Shown here: positions 1 through 9,380 of the stretch, in pieces
Numbering within the stretch: position 1 is the first letter of the stretch
How the letters are laid out: the number at the start of each line of letters is the position of its first letter
From: an uncultured Alphaproteobacteria bacterium
Lineage (GTDB): Bacteria; Pseudomonadota; Alphaproteobacteria; Rickettsiales; UBA1997
Assembly: GCA_903879805.1 (NCBI GenBank)
Contig: CAIRMX010000042.1
Span: 1-63,581, forward strand
Length of the DNA stretch: 63,581 bases
Reading direction: 5' to 3'
Notes under the pieces: generated by a model
What the model was told of the DNA's origin: nothing
Seen by the model: only the letters and a program-made list of their open reading frames with translations
Databases searched by the model: none
Made by a program: the position numbers and the translations under genes

Positions 1-84
1 CTCCTTGAAAAGGAGGGGAGTTGCTTCAAATCGAGCTCGGACAAAAGCCCCTCCTTTTCAAGGAGGGGTTGGGGGTGGTTATTC
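1..84. repeat. Two abutting terminal-repeat copies of the CCCCTCCTT/AAGGAGGGG hairpin element family. Positions 1-35 are right-end-like and cut by the window edge. Positions 36-84 are left-end-like.
   Basis: 1-35 resembles 51241-51273 and 47465-47497 (ctccttgaaaaggagggg ... atcgag). 36-84 resembles 51084-51130 (ctcg ... cccctccttttcaaggagg ... ttgggggtggttattc). Confidence 0.7.
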
Positions 85-104
85 ACGAATTCGATTTACA
101 CATC

Positions 105-905
105 TCACCCAAGAATCCCACCAAACTTAATCGGCGAAATTTTCTTGGCAAGGCCCGTGGCATCATCAATTTCAACGATTGTCGCGCACAATGTCGCCTC
201 CCCCTTCGCCGGTTCCATTTTGGAAAATTTACGTTTTTGCAAAAACATTTTCAGCGGCACATCTTGCTGCATGCCAATCACCGAATCATAATCACCGCAC
301 ATCCCCGCATCCGTTTGATAAGCCGTGCCACCTTTCATGACGTGACAATCGGCAGTTGGAATATGCGTGTGTGAACCAATGACGGCACTGACTCGTCCGT
401 CTAGAAATTTTCCCATCGCCATTTTTTCCGAAGTGGCCTCGGCGTGAAAATCGACAAAAATTGCATCCGCCTCAATGCCCAAACGATTACTTTTTAAAAT
501 CTCGTCAACCGCTTCAAATGGGCATGAAACGTGATATTTGGTAAATACTTGGCCGAGCAAGTGGATGGTTAAAACTTTTTTCTCGAAAGCGGTGTTTAAA
601 ATTCTAACGCCAACTCCGGGACAAGATTTAGGAAAATTTGCCGGACGTAAAAGACGTTTTGTGTCATTGATGAAGCTGGTGATTTCGTGCTGATCCCAAA
701 TGTGATCGCCGCCAGTTAAAATGTCGGCGCCACAATTGAGCAATTCTTGATGAGCGCTGCGATTAATGCCAAAGCCGCCGGAAGCGTTGTCGCAATTAAC
801 GATGGTGAAATCGATTTGGTTTTCGAGTTTAATTCTTTGCAGATTTTCTGTGACTATTTTGCGGCCCACTCGACCAACAATATCACCGCAAAATAGTAGT
901 TTCAT
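105..905 (-). CDS. ymdB: YmdB-like metallophosphoesterase (2',3'-cyclic-nucleotide phosphodiesterase family)
   Basis: 266-aa ORF with calcineurin-like phosphoesterase motifs: LFCGDIVGRVGR, NCDNASGG, GGDHIWD, DFHAEATSEK, GSHTHIPTAD. Confidence 0.85.
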   Translation of the reverse strand: MKLLFCGDIVGRVGRKIVTENLQRIKLENQIDFTIVNCDNASGGFGINRSAHQELLNCGADILTGGDHIWDQHEITSFINDTKRLLRPANFPKSCPGVGVRILNTAFEKKVLTIHLLGQVFTKYHVSCPFEAVDEILKSNRLGIEADAIFVDFHAEATSEKMAMGKFLDGRVSAVIGSHTHIPTADCHVMKGGTAYQTDAGMCGDYDSVIGMQQDVPLKMFLQKRKFSKMEPAKGEATLCATIVEIDDATGLAKKISPIKFGGILG

Positions 906-1930
906 TAGATTTGATTTGGCTTACTAACAGTTTTTAGATCTGACGCTGAAGCTGATGACGACCGATCTCCACCACCCTTATTCATACTATCACTGCTTTT
1001 TAATGTACTTAGAACATCATCCATCCCCTCTATTTGCCCAATCCTAGATTCCTTTTCAACCTCACCTTGAACAGTACTTATCTTATCTGACATGCCCTTA
1101 GTAGCTTCCTGCAAACTAGGATTTTCCTTACTAACCTCATCCAAAACTCCTTGGCAGTGCTTCATTAATTCTGGATCTTTGGTACCAGCAACTGCATCAA
1201 CCATTTTCTGCAAGGCACTTACTAATGGATTTTTTTCTTCTTCACCTTCATTGCCTTCCAAACCTTCTGGACCAGTAGATTTTGGCTTAGCCGGAGATTC
1301 TGCAACTTCGTCAACCTCCACTCCTGCTTTACCTTTATTTGCAGGATTTTTTTCATTTTGTTGTGAGCGACCTCTCATAAAATCTTGCACACCTTTCATC
1401 ACACCTTCTATCTGGCTCATCATTTCTGGAGAGAATTGCTGATCTGATGATTGTTGAGCTGATGAATTGCCACCAGATGTCACCTCAACTTCTCCTTTAG
1501 AATCTTCTTTCTTTCCCATTCCAAATAAATTTTTTAGAAAATCTATGAAGGTCGTCTTTTCTTTACCCTGTTCATTTTCCTGCTCTTCCCCTTCTTCACC
1601 CATACCGAGTTTTTTTCCCTTCTTCGGACCAGATTGACCACCCCCCATCTTACCGCTCAACATACTAGCAAAAGCGTTTGTGGCAGAAGCGATAGCTCTT
1701 AGAACAGCAGTTGCAACCTGCACAGCTGCTACAGCTAAATCAATTACAGCCCCGATTGGACCACCAATTTTGTCATTTTCCTTCTTTTTTTTCTCTTCTT
1801 CTGATTGCGAGGTTGATCCAGCACTAGTAGCTTTTCCATCTTCTTTTTCATTAAGGCCGTCCTGCGCTTTCTTTTTCTCTTCTTCAGATTCCACGACTGT
1901 ATTATTAGTTTTATTATCTACTGGTTTCAT
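905..1930 (-). CDS. Hypothetical low-complexity E/K/G/S-rich protein with one central hydrophobic Ala/Val segment
   Basis: 341-aa ORF with an ATG start. Its stop overlaps the ymdB ATG by 1 nt (TAATG). No recognisable domain. The hydrophobic stretch is IGGPIGAVIDLAVAAVQVATAVLRAIASATNAFASML. Confidence 0.6.
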   Translation of the reverse strand: MKPVDNKTNNTVVESEEEKKKAQDGLNEKEDGKATSAGSTSQSEEEKKKKENDKIGGPIGAVIDLAVAAVQVATAVLRAIASATNAFASMLSGKMGGGQSGPKKGKKLGMGEEGEEQENEQGKEKTTFIDFLKNLFGMGKKEDSKGEVEVTSGGNSSAQQSSDQQFSPEMMSQIEGVMKGVQDFMRGRSQQNEKNPANKGKAGVEVDEVAESPAKPKSTGPEGLEGNEGEEEKNPLVSALQKMVDAVAGTKDPELMKHCQGVLDEVSKENPSLQEATKGMSDKISTVQGEVEKESRIGQIEGMDDVLSTLKSSDSMNKGGGDRSSSASASDLKTVSKPNQI

Positions 1931-2101
1931 AACGTTTGAGTAGTTTAAAATTTATCAAAAATTGTAAGCGCGCAAAAAATATCGACCAAGCCTAACTGTC
2001 AAACAAATTCACATTTGCCAGCTTGAATTTAAGAAATGATTTTCAATCATTGGTAACTCCTTCCTCACACATTTTTTTCCAAAAAAATTTTACAAAAAAA
2101 C

Positions 2102-3508
2102 ATGGCTAAAACTCTCTACGACAAAATTTGGGATTCACATTTAGTTTACGATGATGGCTCTTCGAGCGCGATTTACGTTGATCGCCAGCTGATTCACGAA
2201 GTAACTTCTCCGCAAGCTTTTGAAGGTTTGCGCATGACTGGCAGAAAACCACGTCGCCCTGAAGCACATTTAGCTGTAGCCGATCACAATGTTCCAACCA
2301 CAACCGCTGATCGCGGCCACGGCACTAGCGGCATCAAAGACGCTACCTCACGCATTCAAGTTGAAACTCTCGAAAATAACTGCCGCGAATTCGGCATTAA
2401 ATATTTTGATTTAGACGACAAAAAACAGGGCGTGGTTCACATCGTGGGCCCCGAACAAGGTCTGACTCAACCCGGCATGGTGATTGTTTGCGGCGATAGC
2501 CACACTTCAACTCACGGCGCTTTCGGCGCACTAGCTTTTGGCATCGGAACTTCTGAAGTTGAACATGTTTTAGCAACCCAAACTTTGATCCAAAGCCCAG
2601 CGAAAAACTTTTTAGTAAAAGTTGACGGCAAGCTTGGCGCAGGCGTCACCGCAAAAGACATTACTCTTGCCGTAATCGGCAAAATCGGCACTGCTGGCGC
2701 AACTGGTTGCGTCATTGAATATGCTGGAGAAGCCATCAAATCACTTTCCATGGAAGGCCGCATGACCGTGTGCAACATGTCGATTGAAGCTGGTGCTCGC
2801 GCCGGCTTGATCGCGCCAGACGAAATCACTTACGCTTACTTAAAAGGTCGCCCAATGGCGCCAAAAGATTTCGACAAAGCGGTGAAATATTGGGAGTCTT
2901 TAACTTCTGACGCTGGTGCAAAATATGACAAAGAACTTCACTTAAACGCCGCCGACATCGCACCACAAGTTACTTGGGGAACCAGCCCAGAAGATGCTTT
3001 GCCAATCACTGACAAAGTTCCTTTCCCTGAAAGCTTCGCTGACCAAGGCAAGCAAGAAGCAGTAAAAAGATCGTTGGAATATATGGGTTTAATCGCAGGA
3101 ACTCCGCTTGAAGAAATTAGCATCGACAAAGTTTTCATCGGTTCATGCACTAACGGCCGCATCGAAGATTTCCGCGAAGCTGCAAAAATTTTAGACGGCA
3201 AAAAAATCGCCTCCAACATCAAGCTAGCAATGGTTGTACCGGGTTCTGGTTTGGTAAAAGAGCAAGCCGAAAAAGAAGGTTTGGATAAAATTTTCACCGC
3301 CTCCGGCTTTGAATGGCGCGAACCGGGATGCTCAATGTGTTTGGCGATGAATGCCGACAAATTGGAATTTGGCGAACGTTGCGCTTCAACTTCAAATCGT
3401 AACTTCGAAGGTCGCCAAGGTCGCGGTGGCAGAACTCACCTTTTGAGTCCAGCCATGGCTGCAGCTGCTGCAGTTGCCGGACATTTGGTTGACGTGCGTA
3501 AATTCTAA
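2102..3508 (+). CDS. leuC: 3-isopropylmalate dehydratase large subunit
   Basis: 468 aa. Aconitase-family motifs [44 protein letters not shown] and [12 protein letters not shown], colinear with LeuC over the full length. Confidence 0.95.
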   Translation: MAKTLYDKIWDSHLVYDDGSSSAIYVDRQLIHEVTSPQAFEGLRMTGRKPRRPEAHLAVADHNVPTTTADRGHGTSGIKDATSRIQVETLENNCREFGIKYFDLDDKKQGVVHIVGPEQGLTQPGMVIVCGDSHTSTHGAFGALAFGIGTSEVEHVLATQTLIQSPAKNFLVKVDGKLGAGVTAKDITLAVIGKIGTAGATGCVIEYAGEAIKSLSMEGRMTVCNMSIEAGARAGLIAPDEITYAYLKGRPMAPKDFDKAVKYWESLTSDAGAKYDKELHLNAADIAPQVTWGTSPEDALPITDKVPFPESFADQGKQEAVKRSLEYMGLIAGTPLEEISIDKVFIGSCTNGRIEDFREAAKILDGKKIASNIKLAMVVPGSGLVKEQAEKEGLDKIFTASGFEWREPGCSMCLAMNADKLEFGERCASTSNRNFEGRQGRGGRTHLLSPAMAAAAAVAGHLVDVRKF

Positions 3509-3520
3509 TTAGAAAATGAG

Positions 3521-4855
3521 ATGCTTTTTTTCTTCCGCTCTAAGCAAGAGCCCACTTCTCGCACCTACGATGTTACAGGCTCTTCTGGATTTTCCGCGTT
3601 ACCTTTAAAAGCAAATCAAAAAATTTCCGACGATCAAGAATTTCAATGGACTGTCGGCCTTGTTAAAGATTTTGCAGCAATTTTTGCAGCGATGTTTCTT
3701 TCCGCAATTGGCTACGGAATTTTAATGGCGATGATTGCCCTCAAGCTTGAAGCCAATGTTAAAAATGAAATTTTAATGTCGATTTCTACCGCCACTCAAA
3801 TTGGCGCCGGCGTAATATTTTCACGCTTCTTACCCTCAATGGGGCGCAAGGCCGGAATGATTAACAGCATTTATTTTGGCTCAATTCTTTCAGCAGTTTG
3901 TTCGCTAGCGCTTTACTGGTATTTAGGATATTTCTTCTGGCTGGCGATGGTTTTTTGCATCGGAACTTCTTTCTTTATTTGCGGCGTTACTCGCGGCACC
4001 ATCATGATTGATCTTGCTCCCACTCACATTCGCGCCATGGTGATTTCTTTTGGCACCATGTTGGTGGCAATTGGCAATAGCTTGGGACCGGTCATTTTAA
4101 AAGTTTTTCAAACCTCTGACAGCTTCGCTTCTTTCGCACTTGCCAGCGGGTTTTTCTTGGCTTCAATTACCCCGCTAGAGCGACTTAGAAAAGTTGACGC
4201 GGCGGTTCGCGAAGAGAAATCAATTGGGGTTTGGCGCTACATTAAAAACTCACCAAAAATCATGCTCGCCGCTTTTTCAACCAGCTTTGCCATGTCATCC
4301 TCCAGCGCCTTTTTAATTATTTACGGCATTAAAATCGGCATGCCCAAAGATGAAGCTTCGCTGCTTTTATCGGTGCTGCTTTTTGGCACGGTTTTCTACA
4401 TCCCCGCCGGATATCTCGCCAATATTTTAAATCGCAGATTCATGATGATGAGCGCTACCGTTCTTTCTTTTTTCTGCGCTTTCGCTCTTTTCGCGGAGCA
4501 AGATTCTACTAAAATTCCCATCTTATTATTTTTGCTTTTCGGCTGCCTTGCCTGCGTAAAATTGCCTGCGGTTGTTTTGATTAATGAAAAATACAAACCC
4601 ACTCAACGTCTCGCCGTAAACAGCGCTTTTACTAGATTTAGTTTGATTGGAAATATCTGCGGCCTCTTCGCCACAGGCGCTTTAATGAAAACATTTGGAC
4701 CACAGGGATTGTGGATTTCAATAATGGCAATCTTGTCTTTCTTTCTGCTTTTCTGCTTCATCAATTACAGCAAAAAATTCCTCAAAAAAGAATTTAAACG
4801 CCAAGATTTTTCAATTTTTAACAAACACCAAAATGAGCAATTGTCAGACGTCTAA
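3521..4855 (+). CDS. MFS-type transporter
   Basis: 444 aa with about 12 hydrophobic segments in two halves separated by a charged loop (RLRKVDAAVREEKS). Substrate unknown. Confidence 0.7.
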   Translation: MLFFFRSKQEPTSRTYDVTGSSGFSALPLKANQKISDDQEFQWTVGLVKDFAAIFAAMFLSAIGYGILMAMIALKLEANVKNEILMSISTATQIGAGVIFSRFLPSMGRKAGMINSIYFGSILSAVCSLALYWYLGYFFWLAMVFCIGTSFFICGVTRGTIMIDLAPTHIRAMVISFGTMLVAIGNSLGPVILKVFQTSDSFASFALASGFFLASITPLERLRKVDAAVREEKSIGVWRYIKNSPKIMLAAFSTSFAMSSSSAFLIIYGIKIGMPKDEASLLLSVLLFGTVFYIPAGYLANILNRRFMMMSATVLSFFCAFALFAEQDSTKIPILLFLLFGCLACVKLPAVVLINEKYKPTQRLAVNSAFTRFSLIGNICGLFATGALMKTFGPQGLWISIMAILSFFLLFCFINYSKKFLKKEFKRQDFSIFNKHQNEQLSDV

Positions 4856-5687
4856 CTGCCCGATCCGCAAATTTTTAAAAAAACTTTTTCGCTGCAAAAG
4901 CGAACCGGTTGTCGCTTGTGTCAATTTGCACGGCGTCATCGGCAAAGATTCAAAATTGTCTTCCGGGTTAAATTTTGAAAATGTCGCGCCACTTTTAAAA
5001 CGCGCTTTTGAAATGAAAAAAGTTAAAGCCGTGGCACTTGCAGTTAATTCGCCCGGCGGATCACCGGTTCAATCCGAACTAATTTACAATTACGTTCGCG
5101 AACTTTCTGAAGAGAAAAAAATCCCAGTTTACACTTTCGCCCAAGATGTTGCGGCGTCCGGCGGATACTGGCTGCTTTTGAGTGGCGACGAAGTTTACGC
5201 CCATAATTCTTCAATTCTCGGCTCAATTGGCGTGATTTTTTCGGGCTTTGGTTTTGTTGATTTAATCAAAAAAATCGGCGTCGATCGCCGCGTTTACACG
5301 GAAGGAAAAAACAAAGCGATTCTTGATCCGTTTTTGCCAGAACAAGATGAAAATATTGAGATCTTAAAAGATTGTCAGCGCGACATTTTCGAAGGCTTCA
5401 AAGATTTGGTAAAATCAAGACGCCAAGGCAAATTAAAAGAGTTGGAAGAAAATTTATTTACCGGCGCTTTTTGGTCCGGCAAAAAATCTTTAGAGCTTGG
5501 ACTAATTGACGGCATTTGCGACATGCGTAGCAAACTCAAAGAAAAATTCGGCGCCAGAGTTGAATTAGTTCAAATCACGGCAAAAAAAGGTTTGCTAAAA
5601 AGTTTCTTCTCAGAAAAGTCAAATCTTGCCAACAGCTTACTTAATAAATTTGAAGAACGAATGAGTTTTGGCAAATTTGGACTCTAA
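4833..5687 (+). CDS. S49 family peptidase (SppA/SohB-like)
   Basis: 284 aa. Motifs VNSPGGSPVQSE and DVAASGGYWL are typical of the signal peptide peptidase A 36K type. The ATG overlaps the MFS gene 3' end. Confidence 0.8.
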   Translation: MSNCQTSNCPIRKFLKKLFRCKSEPVVACVNLHGVIGKDSKLSSGLNFENVAPLLKRAFEMKKVKAVALAVNSPGGSPVQSELIYNYVRELSEEKKIPVYTFAQDVAASGGYWLLLSGDEVYAHNSSILGSIGVIFSGFGFVDLIKKIGVDRRVYTEGKNKAILDPFLPEQDENIEILKDCQRDIFEGFKDLVKSRRQGKLKELEENLFTGAFWSGKKSLELGLIDGICDMRSKLKEKFGARVELVQITAKKGLLKSFFSEKSNLANSLLNKFEERMSFGKFGL

Positions 5688-5713
5688 TTTTTTTAACAAA
5701 AAACTTAAAATTT

Positions 5714-5953
5714 ATGGCACAAAATAATCCTTTTGAACAACAGCCAGCTAATCCAGTCATCGACATGGGAAAAATTTCTTCACAAACACCAAACTCCCCA
5801 GATTCACAAAAATTAGTAGGAACTATTGCAAAAGGTTTCTCCGAACCACTACTAAACTGTATGGGCAAGCCAGTTGAGTTTAGCCCATCATCCACAATCG
5901 ATCCATCTACCGTAATTCGAGTTTTACAAAACCTCCCAGAAAAAGGTAAATAA
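5714..5953 (+). CDS. Hypothetical small protein (79 aa)
   Basis: ATG ORF that fills an otherwise empty intergenic gap. No motif recognised. An imperfect hairpin follows it at about 5978-6008. Confidence 0.35.
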   Translation: MAQNNPFEQQPANPVIDMGKISSQTPNSPDSQKLVGTIAKGFSEPLLNCMGKPVEFSPSSTIDPSTVIRVLQNLPEKGK

Positions 5954-6038
5954 AAACACCCAAATCCCTCAATAAACTGGCTTTGCGGCCAAGTTTATTG
6001 CCCACAAAGCAGCAATCCAAATTTTTAACTTTTTAAAC

Positions 6039-7307
6039 ATGAACTTCTTCAAATCTTCCCTCGAAAATTCTGACTCTGCAATTTTCCACTCAATTCAAAA
6101 AGAAACTGACCGCCAAAAATATCAAATCGAATTGATCGCGTCAGAAAATATTGTGAGCAAAGCTGTGCTTGAAGCCCAAGGCTCAATTTTTACCAACAAA
6201 TACGCTGAAGGCTATCCGCAAAAACGCTACTACGGTGGCTGTGAATTTTCTGACGAAATTGAACAAGCCGCAATTGACCGTCTTTGCCAACTTTTTGGTG
6301 CAAAATTTGCTAACGTGCAACCGCACTCTGGCGCTTCTGCGAATTTAGCCGTTTACCTTGCAACCATTCAACCAGGCGACACCATCATGGGAATGTCTTT
6401 GGCAGCTGGTGGACACTTAACTCACGGCGCACAACGCACAATTTCAGGCATGTGGTTTAAATCAGTGCAATATGGAATTCGTTTAGATGACGGCTTGATC
6501 GATTACGATCAAATGGAAGCTTTGGCCCGCGAACATAAACCAAAATTAATTGTCGCTGGAATTTCTTCTTACCCACGCATCGTTGATTGGTCACGTTTTA
6601 GAAAAATAGCTGACGAAGTTGGCGCACTTTTGATGGTTGATATGGCGCACGTTGCGGGTCTTGTTGCCGCTGGCCTTTATCCATCACCAATTGGTGTTGC
6701 TGACATTGTAACTTCAACAACTCACAAAACTTTGCGCGGCCCTCGTGGTGGTGTGATTTTGACAAATAACGAAGAACTGGCGAAAAAAATTAATTCTGCA
6801 GCTTTCCCTGGTCTTCAAGGTGGGCCATTAATGCATGTAATCGCTGCTAAAGCGGTTGCGTTTGCCGAAGCTTTGCGTCCTGAATTTAAAACTTACGCCA
6901 AACAAATCGTCGCCAATGCCAAAGTTTTGTCAGAAGTTTTGATGAAACGCGGCCTAAAAATCACAACTGGTGGCACAGATTGCCACTTGATGGTTGTTGA
7001 TTTGACGCCACTTGAAACTTTAACCGGCAAAGAAGCTGAAAAAGTTTTGGAACGCGCCGGCCTAACCTGCAACAAGAATGCGATTCCAAATGATCCACGT
7101 TCACCTTTCGTAACTTCGGGTCTTCGTTTTGGCACAGCTGCAGGAACTACCCGCGGTTTTAAAGAGAAAGAGTTTGAAAGAATCGGCAACATGATTTGCG
7201 ATTGCCTCGAAGGCTTCGTGAAAAATGGCGAAGAAGGAAATCGCGATTTGGAAACGAAGATGAAGGCAGAAGTTGCAACCCTTTGCAAAGAATTCCCAAT
7301 CTACTAA
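6039..7307 (+). CDS. glyA: Serine hydroxymethyltransferase
   Basis: 422 aa. Motifs [24 protein letters not shown] and the PLP-lysine motif [14 protein letters not shown]. Confidence 0.97.
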   Translation: MNFFKSSLENSDSAIFHSIQKETDRQKYQIELIASENIVSKAVLEAQGSIFTNKYAEGYPQKRYYGGCEFSDEIEQAAIDRLCQLFGAKFANVQPHSGASANLAVYLATIQPGDTIMGMSLAAGGHLTHGAQRTISGMWFKSVQYGIRLDDGLIDYDQMEALAREHKPKLIVAGISSYPRIVDWSRFRKIADEVGALLMVDMAHVAGLVAAGLYPSPIGVADIVTSTTHKTLRGPRGGVILTNNEELAKKINSAAFPGLQGGPLMHVIAAKAVAFAEALRPEFKTYAKQIVANAKVLSEVLMKRGLKITTGGTDCHLMVVDLTPLETLTGKEAEKVLERAGLTCNKNAIPNDPRSPFVTSGLRFGTAAGTTRGFKEKEFERIGNMICDCLEGFVKNGEEGNRDLETKMKAEVATLCKEFPIY

Positions 7308-7323
7308 ATTTGGCCTGCGGCAA

Positions 7324-7385
7324 CGCGCCACAAGGCGCGCGCCATGTTCGTGGGGAACCCCGGTCGTAACGACCTTAATTTTTTT
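7324..7385 (+). terminator. Putative glyA terminator region: a GC hairpin plus a short hairpin with a T-run
   Basis: cgcgcc-acaa-ggcgcg at 7324-7339, then ggtcg-taa-cgacc at 7362-7374 followed by ttaattttttt. The stems are short. Confidence 0.35.
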
Positions 7386-7394
7386 CAAAAAATA

Positions 7395-8066
7395 ATGTCT
7401 GATCCAATAAAGCTCATCACTTCAAAACTTTCACCTTACGGCCACCGCGTTGAGATGGTTTTGATCGAAAAAAATATCCCCTACGAAAAGCAAGACATCT
7501 CTCTGGCGACAAAGCCAGATTGGTTTGCAAAGGACGCGCCTTTGGGCAAAGTTCCCTTGCTTTACGTTGGCGATAAACCGCTTTTTGAATCAATCGCAAT
7601 TTGTGAATATTTGGAAGATGCTTTCCCAGAAAATCCTCTGCATCCAAAAGATGCTTTGATGAAAGGTTGGCATCGCGGTTGGATGGAATTTGCCAGCGGC
7701 ATCACCGCCGGAACTTTGGGCATGATTTTCGCTCAAAATCAGGAAGAATTTGATTTGAAAAAAGTTGAAATCGTCACGCGCCTTGCCGCCATCGACAAGC
7801 ATTTGAAATTCAGCCCTTATTTTGACGGCGAAAAATTCTCTCTAGTTGACGCCTGCATGGCTTCAGCCTTCAAACCGCTGACTTTCATCGACAATAAATT
7901 TACTTTGGAAATTTTTGATCTTTACAAAACCGCCGCAACTTACGTTGAAAGTGTAGTTGCACGCGGATCTTTGCACAAAGCACTTCCGGATGATTATGAA
8001 AGTTTATTCAAAGGCTTACTTGAAAGAAAAAAATCTCACCTGTTGACGATGAGCTTTAGCTTGTAG
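7395..8066 (+). CDS. Glutathione S-transferase family protein
   Basis: Thioredoxin-like N-terminal GST fold (SPYGHRVEMVLIEKNIPYE, LGKVPLL, ESIAICEYLED). The start is taken at the internal ATG (MSDPIKL); the ORF is open from 7344. Confidence 0.8.
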   Translation: MSDPIKLITSKLSPYGHRVEMVLIEKNIPYEKQDISLATKPDWFAKDAPLGKVPLLYVGDKPLFESIAICEYLEDAFPENPLHPKDALMKGWHRGWMEFASGITAGTLGMIFAQNQEEFDLKKVEIVTRLAAIDKHLKFSPYFDGEKFSLVDACMASAFKPLTFIDNKFTLEIFDLYKTAATYVESVVARGSLHKALPDDYESLFKGLLERKKSHLLTMSFSL

Positions 8067-8096
8067 ATAGTCTCTAGCAATCGCAGCAAAATATTT

Positions 8097-8137
8097 AAAC
8101 CCCGCGCGCTCAGGAAGTTCGCGGGGTTTCACTTTTT
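8097..8137 (+). terminator. Rho-independent terminator after the GST gene
   Basis: 10-bp stem aaaccccgcg / cgcggggttt (8097-8106 with 8120-8129), followed by cacttttt. Confidence 0.7.
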
Positions 8138-8150
8138 AAAAAATAAAAAC

Positions 8151-9341
8151 ATGAAAATCGCCAACACCAAATTAAAAATTAAACGCCACAACGAACTTAG
8201 AGTCGTCAAAGGCCATCCGTGGATTTTCTCCAACGAGATCGAAAATTTCCCTTCACTAAAAGGCCTCGAAAAAGGCTCAGTTGTTACAGTTCAAATCAAT
8301 AAAGATGACGATTTCGCTGTCGCTTATTTCAACTCACACAGCTTGATCGCAGCGCGCATTTTAACTTACGATTTAAGCCAAGAAATTGATGAGGCTTTTT
8401 TCATTGAAAGAATTTCTGACGCTCTTGCTTTGCGTGAAAAATTCTTCGACAAACCTTTTTACCGCTTAATTCACTCGGAAGCTGATTTTTTACCAGGCCT
8501 TGTGGTTGATCGCTTTGGCGATATTTTTTCTTGCCAAATTTCTACCGCCGGAATGGAAAAACTTTCTCCACTTTTAATCGCTGCACTCGAAAAACTTTTC
8601 CCAAAAGCTGCGATTTTTTTTAGAAATGATGTTGAAAGCAGAAAGTTTGAAGGCTTGGAACTCTTCAGCAAAACCATCAAAGGCGAAATTGCCGACTCAA
8701 TTGAAATTGAAGAAAATGGCTTGAAATTTGCGGTTGATGTCAAAGGCGGCCAAAAGACCGGCTGGTTTTTTGACCAAAGAGAAAATCGCAAATTTATCGG
8801 CACACTAGCCAAAGATTGCACCGTGCTTGACGCCTTTTGTTACCAAGGTGGATTCGGTATTAACGCTTTGAAAAATGGCGCTAAATCTGTGACTTTTATT
8901 GATTCATCGGAAGATGCTTTGGCACATTTAAAAACCAATTTGGCGCTCAATGATCTCGATCAGTATTCAGAAATTATTTGCGACAAAGTTTACGACATTT
9001 TGGAAAATCCACAATTTCAAGAAAGAGAATTTGACATCGTGCTGCTTGATCCGCCAGCTTTTGTAAAATCGAAAAAAGATTTTTTTGTTGGCTTAAAAGG
9101 TTACGAAAAATTGGTAAAACTTTCGGCAAAATTGGTAAAGAAAAATGGCATTTTGATGCTGACTTCATGCTCGCACAACGCGACTTTGAGTGATTTGTTA
9201 GCTGCTGCAAATGACGGATTCCGTAAGGCGAATCGCAAGGCAAAATTGATTCGCACGTCTGGCGCGGGGTTCGATCATCCGATTAATCCGGCTTTGAAGG
9301 AAAGTGAATATTTGAAATCGATTACGTTTTTGGTAGAATAG
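8151..9341 (+). CDS. rlmI: Class I SAM-dependent rRNA methyltransferase with PUA domain (RlmI-like, 23S m5C)
   Basis: 396 aa. N-terminal PUA-like region (VKGHPWIFSNEI), SAM motif VLDAFCYQGGFG, and motif IV IVLLDPPAF. Confidence 0.8.
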   Translation: MKIANTKLKIKRHNELRVVKGHPWIFSNEIENFPSLKGLEKGSVVTVQINKDDDFAVAYFNSHSLIAARILTYDLSQEIDEAFFIERISDALALREKFFDKPFYRLIHSEADFLPGLVVDRFGDIFSCQISTAGMEKLSPLLIAALEKLFPKAAIFFRNDVESRKFEGLELFSKTIKGEIADSIEIEENGLKFAVDVKGGQKTGWFFDQRENRKFIGTLAKDCTVLDAFCYQGGFGINALKNGAKSVTFIDSSEDALAHLKTNLALNDLDQYSEIICDKVYDILENPQFQEREFDIVLLDPPAFVKSKKDFFVGLKGYEKLVKLSAKLVKKNGILMLTSCSHNATLSDLLAAANDGFRKANRKAKLIRTSGAGFDHPINPALKESEYLKSITFLVE

Positions 9342-9380
9342 AAGAACTTTGTTTTAAAAAAACAAAATCTCCGAACTCCT

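Noticed and set aside
21-374. 117-aa ORF on the plus strand at the window start.
   Set aside because: It is antisense to the well-supported ymdB-like gene and begins inside a repeat element. It has no motif.
1092-1943. Plus-strand ORFs 1092-1442 and 1680-1943.
   Set aside because: They are antisense to the longer low-complexity ORF 905-1930. Their Ser/Phe/Pro-rich products are typical of the reverse frame of E/K/G-rich coding sequence.
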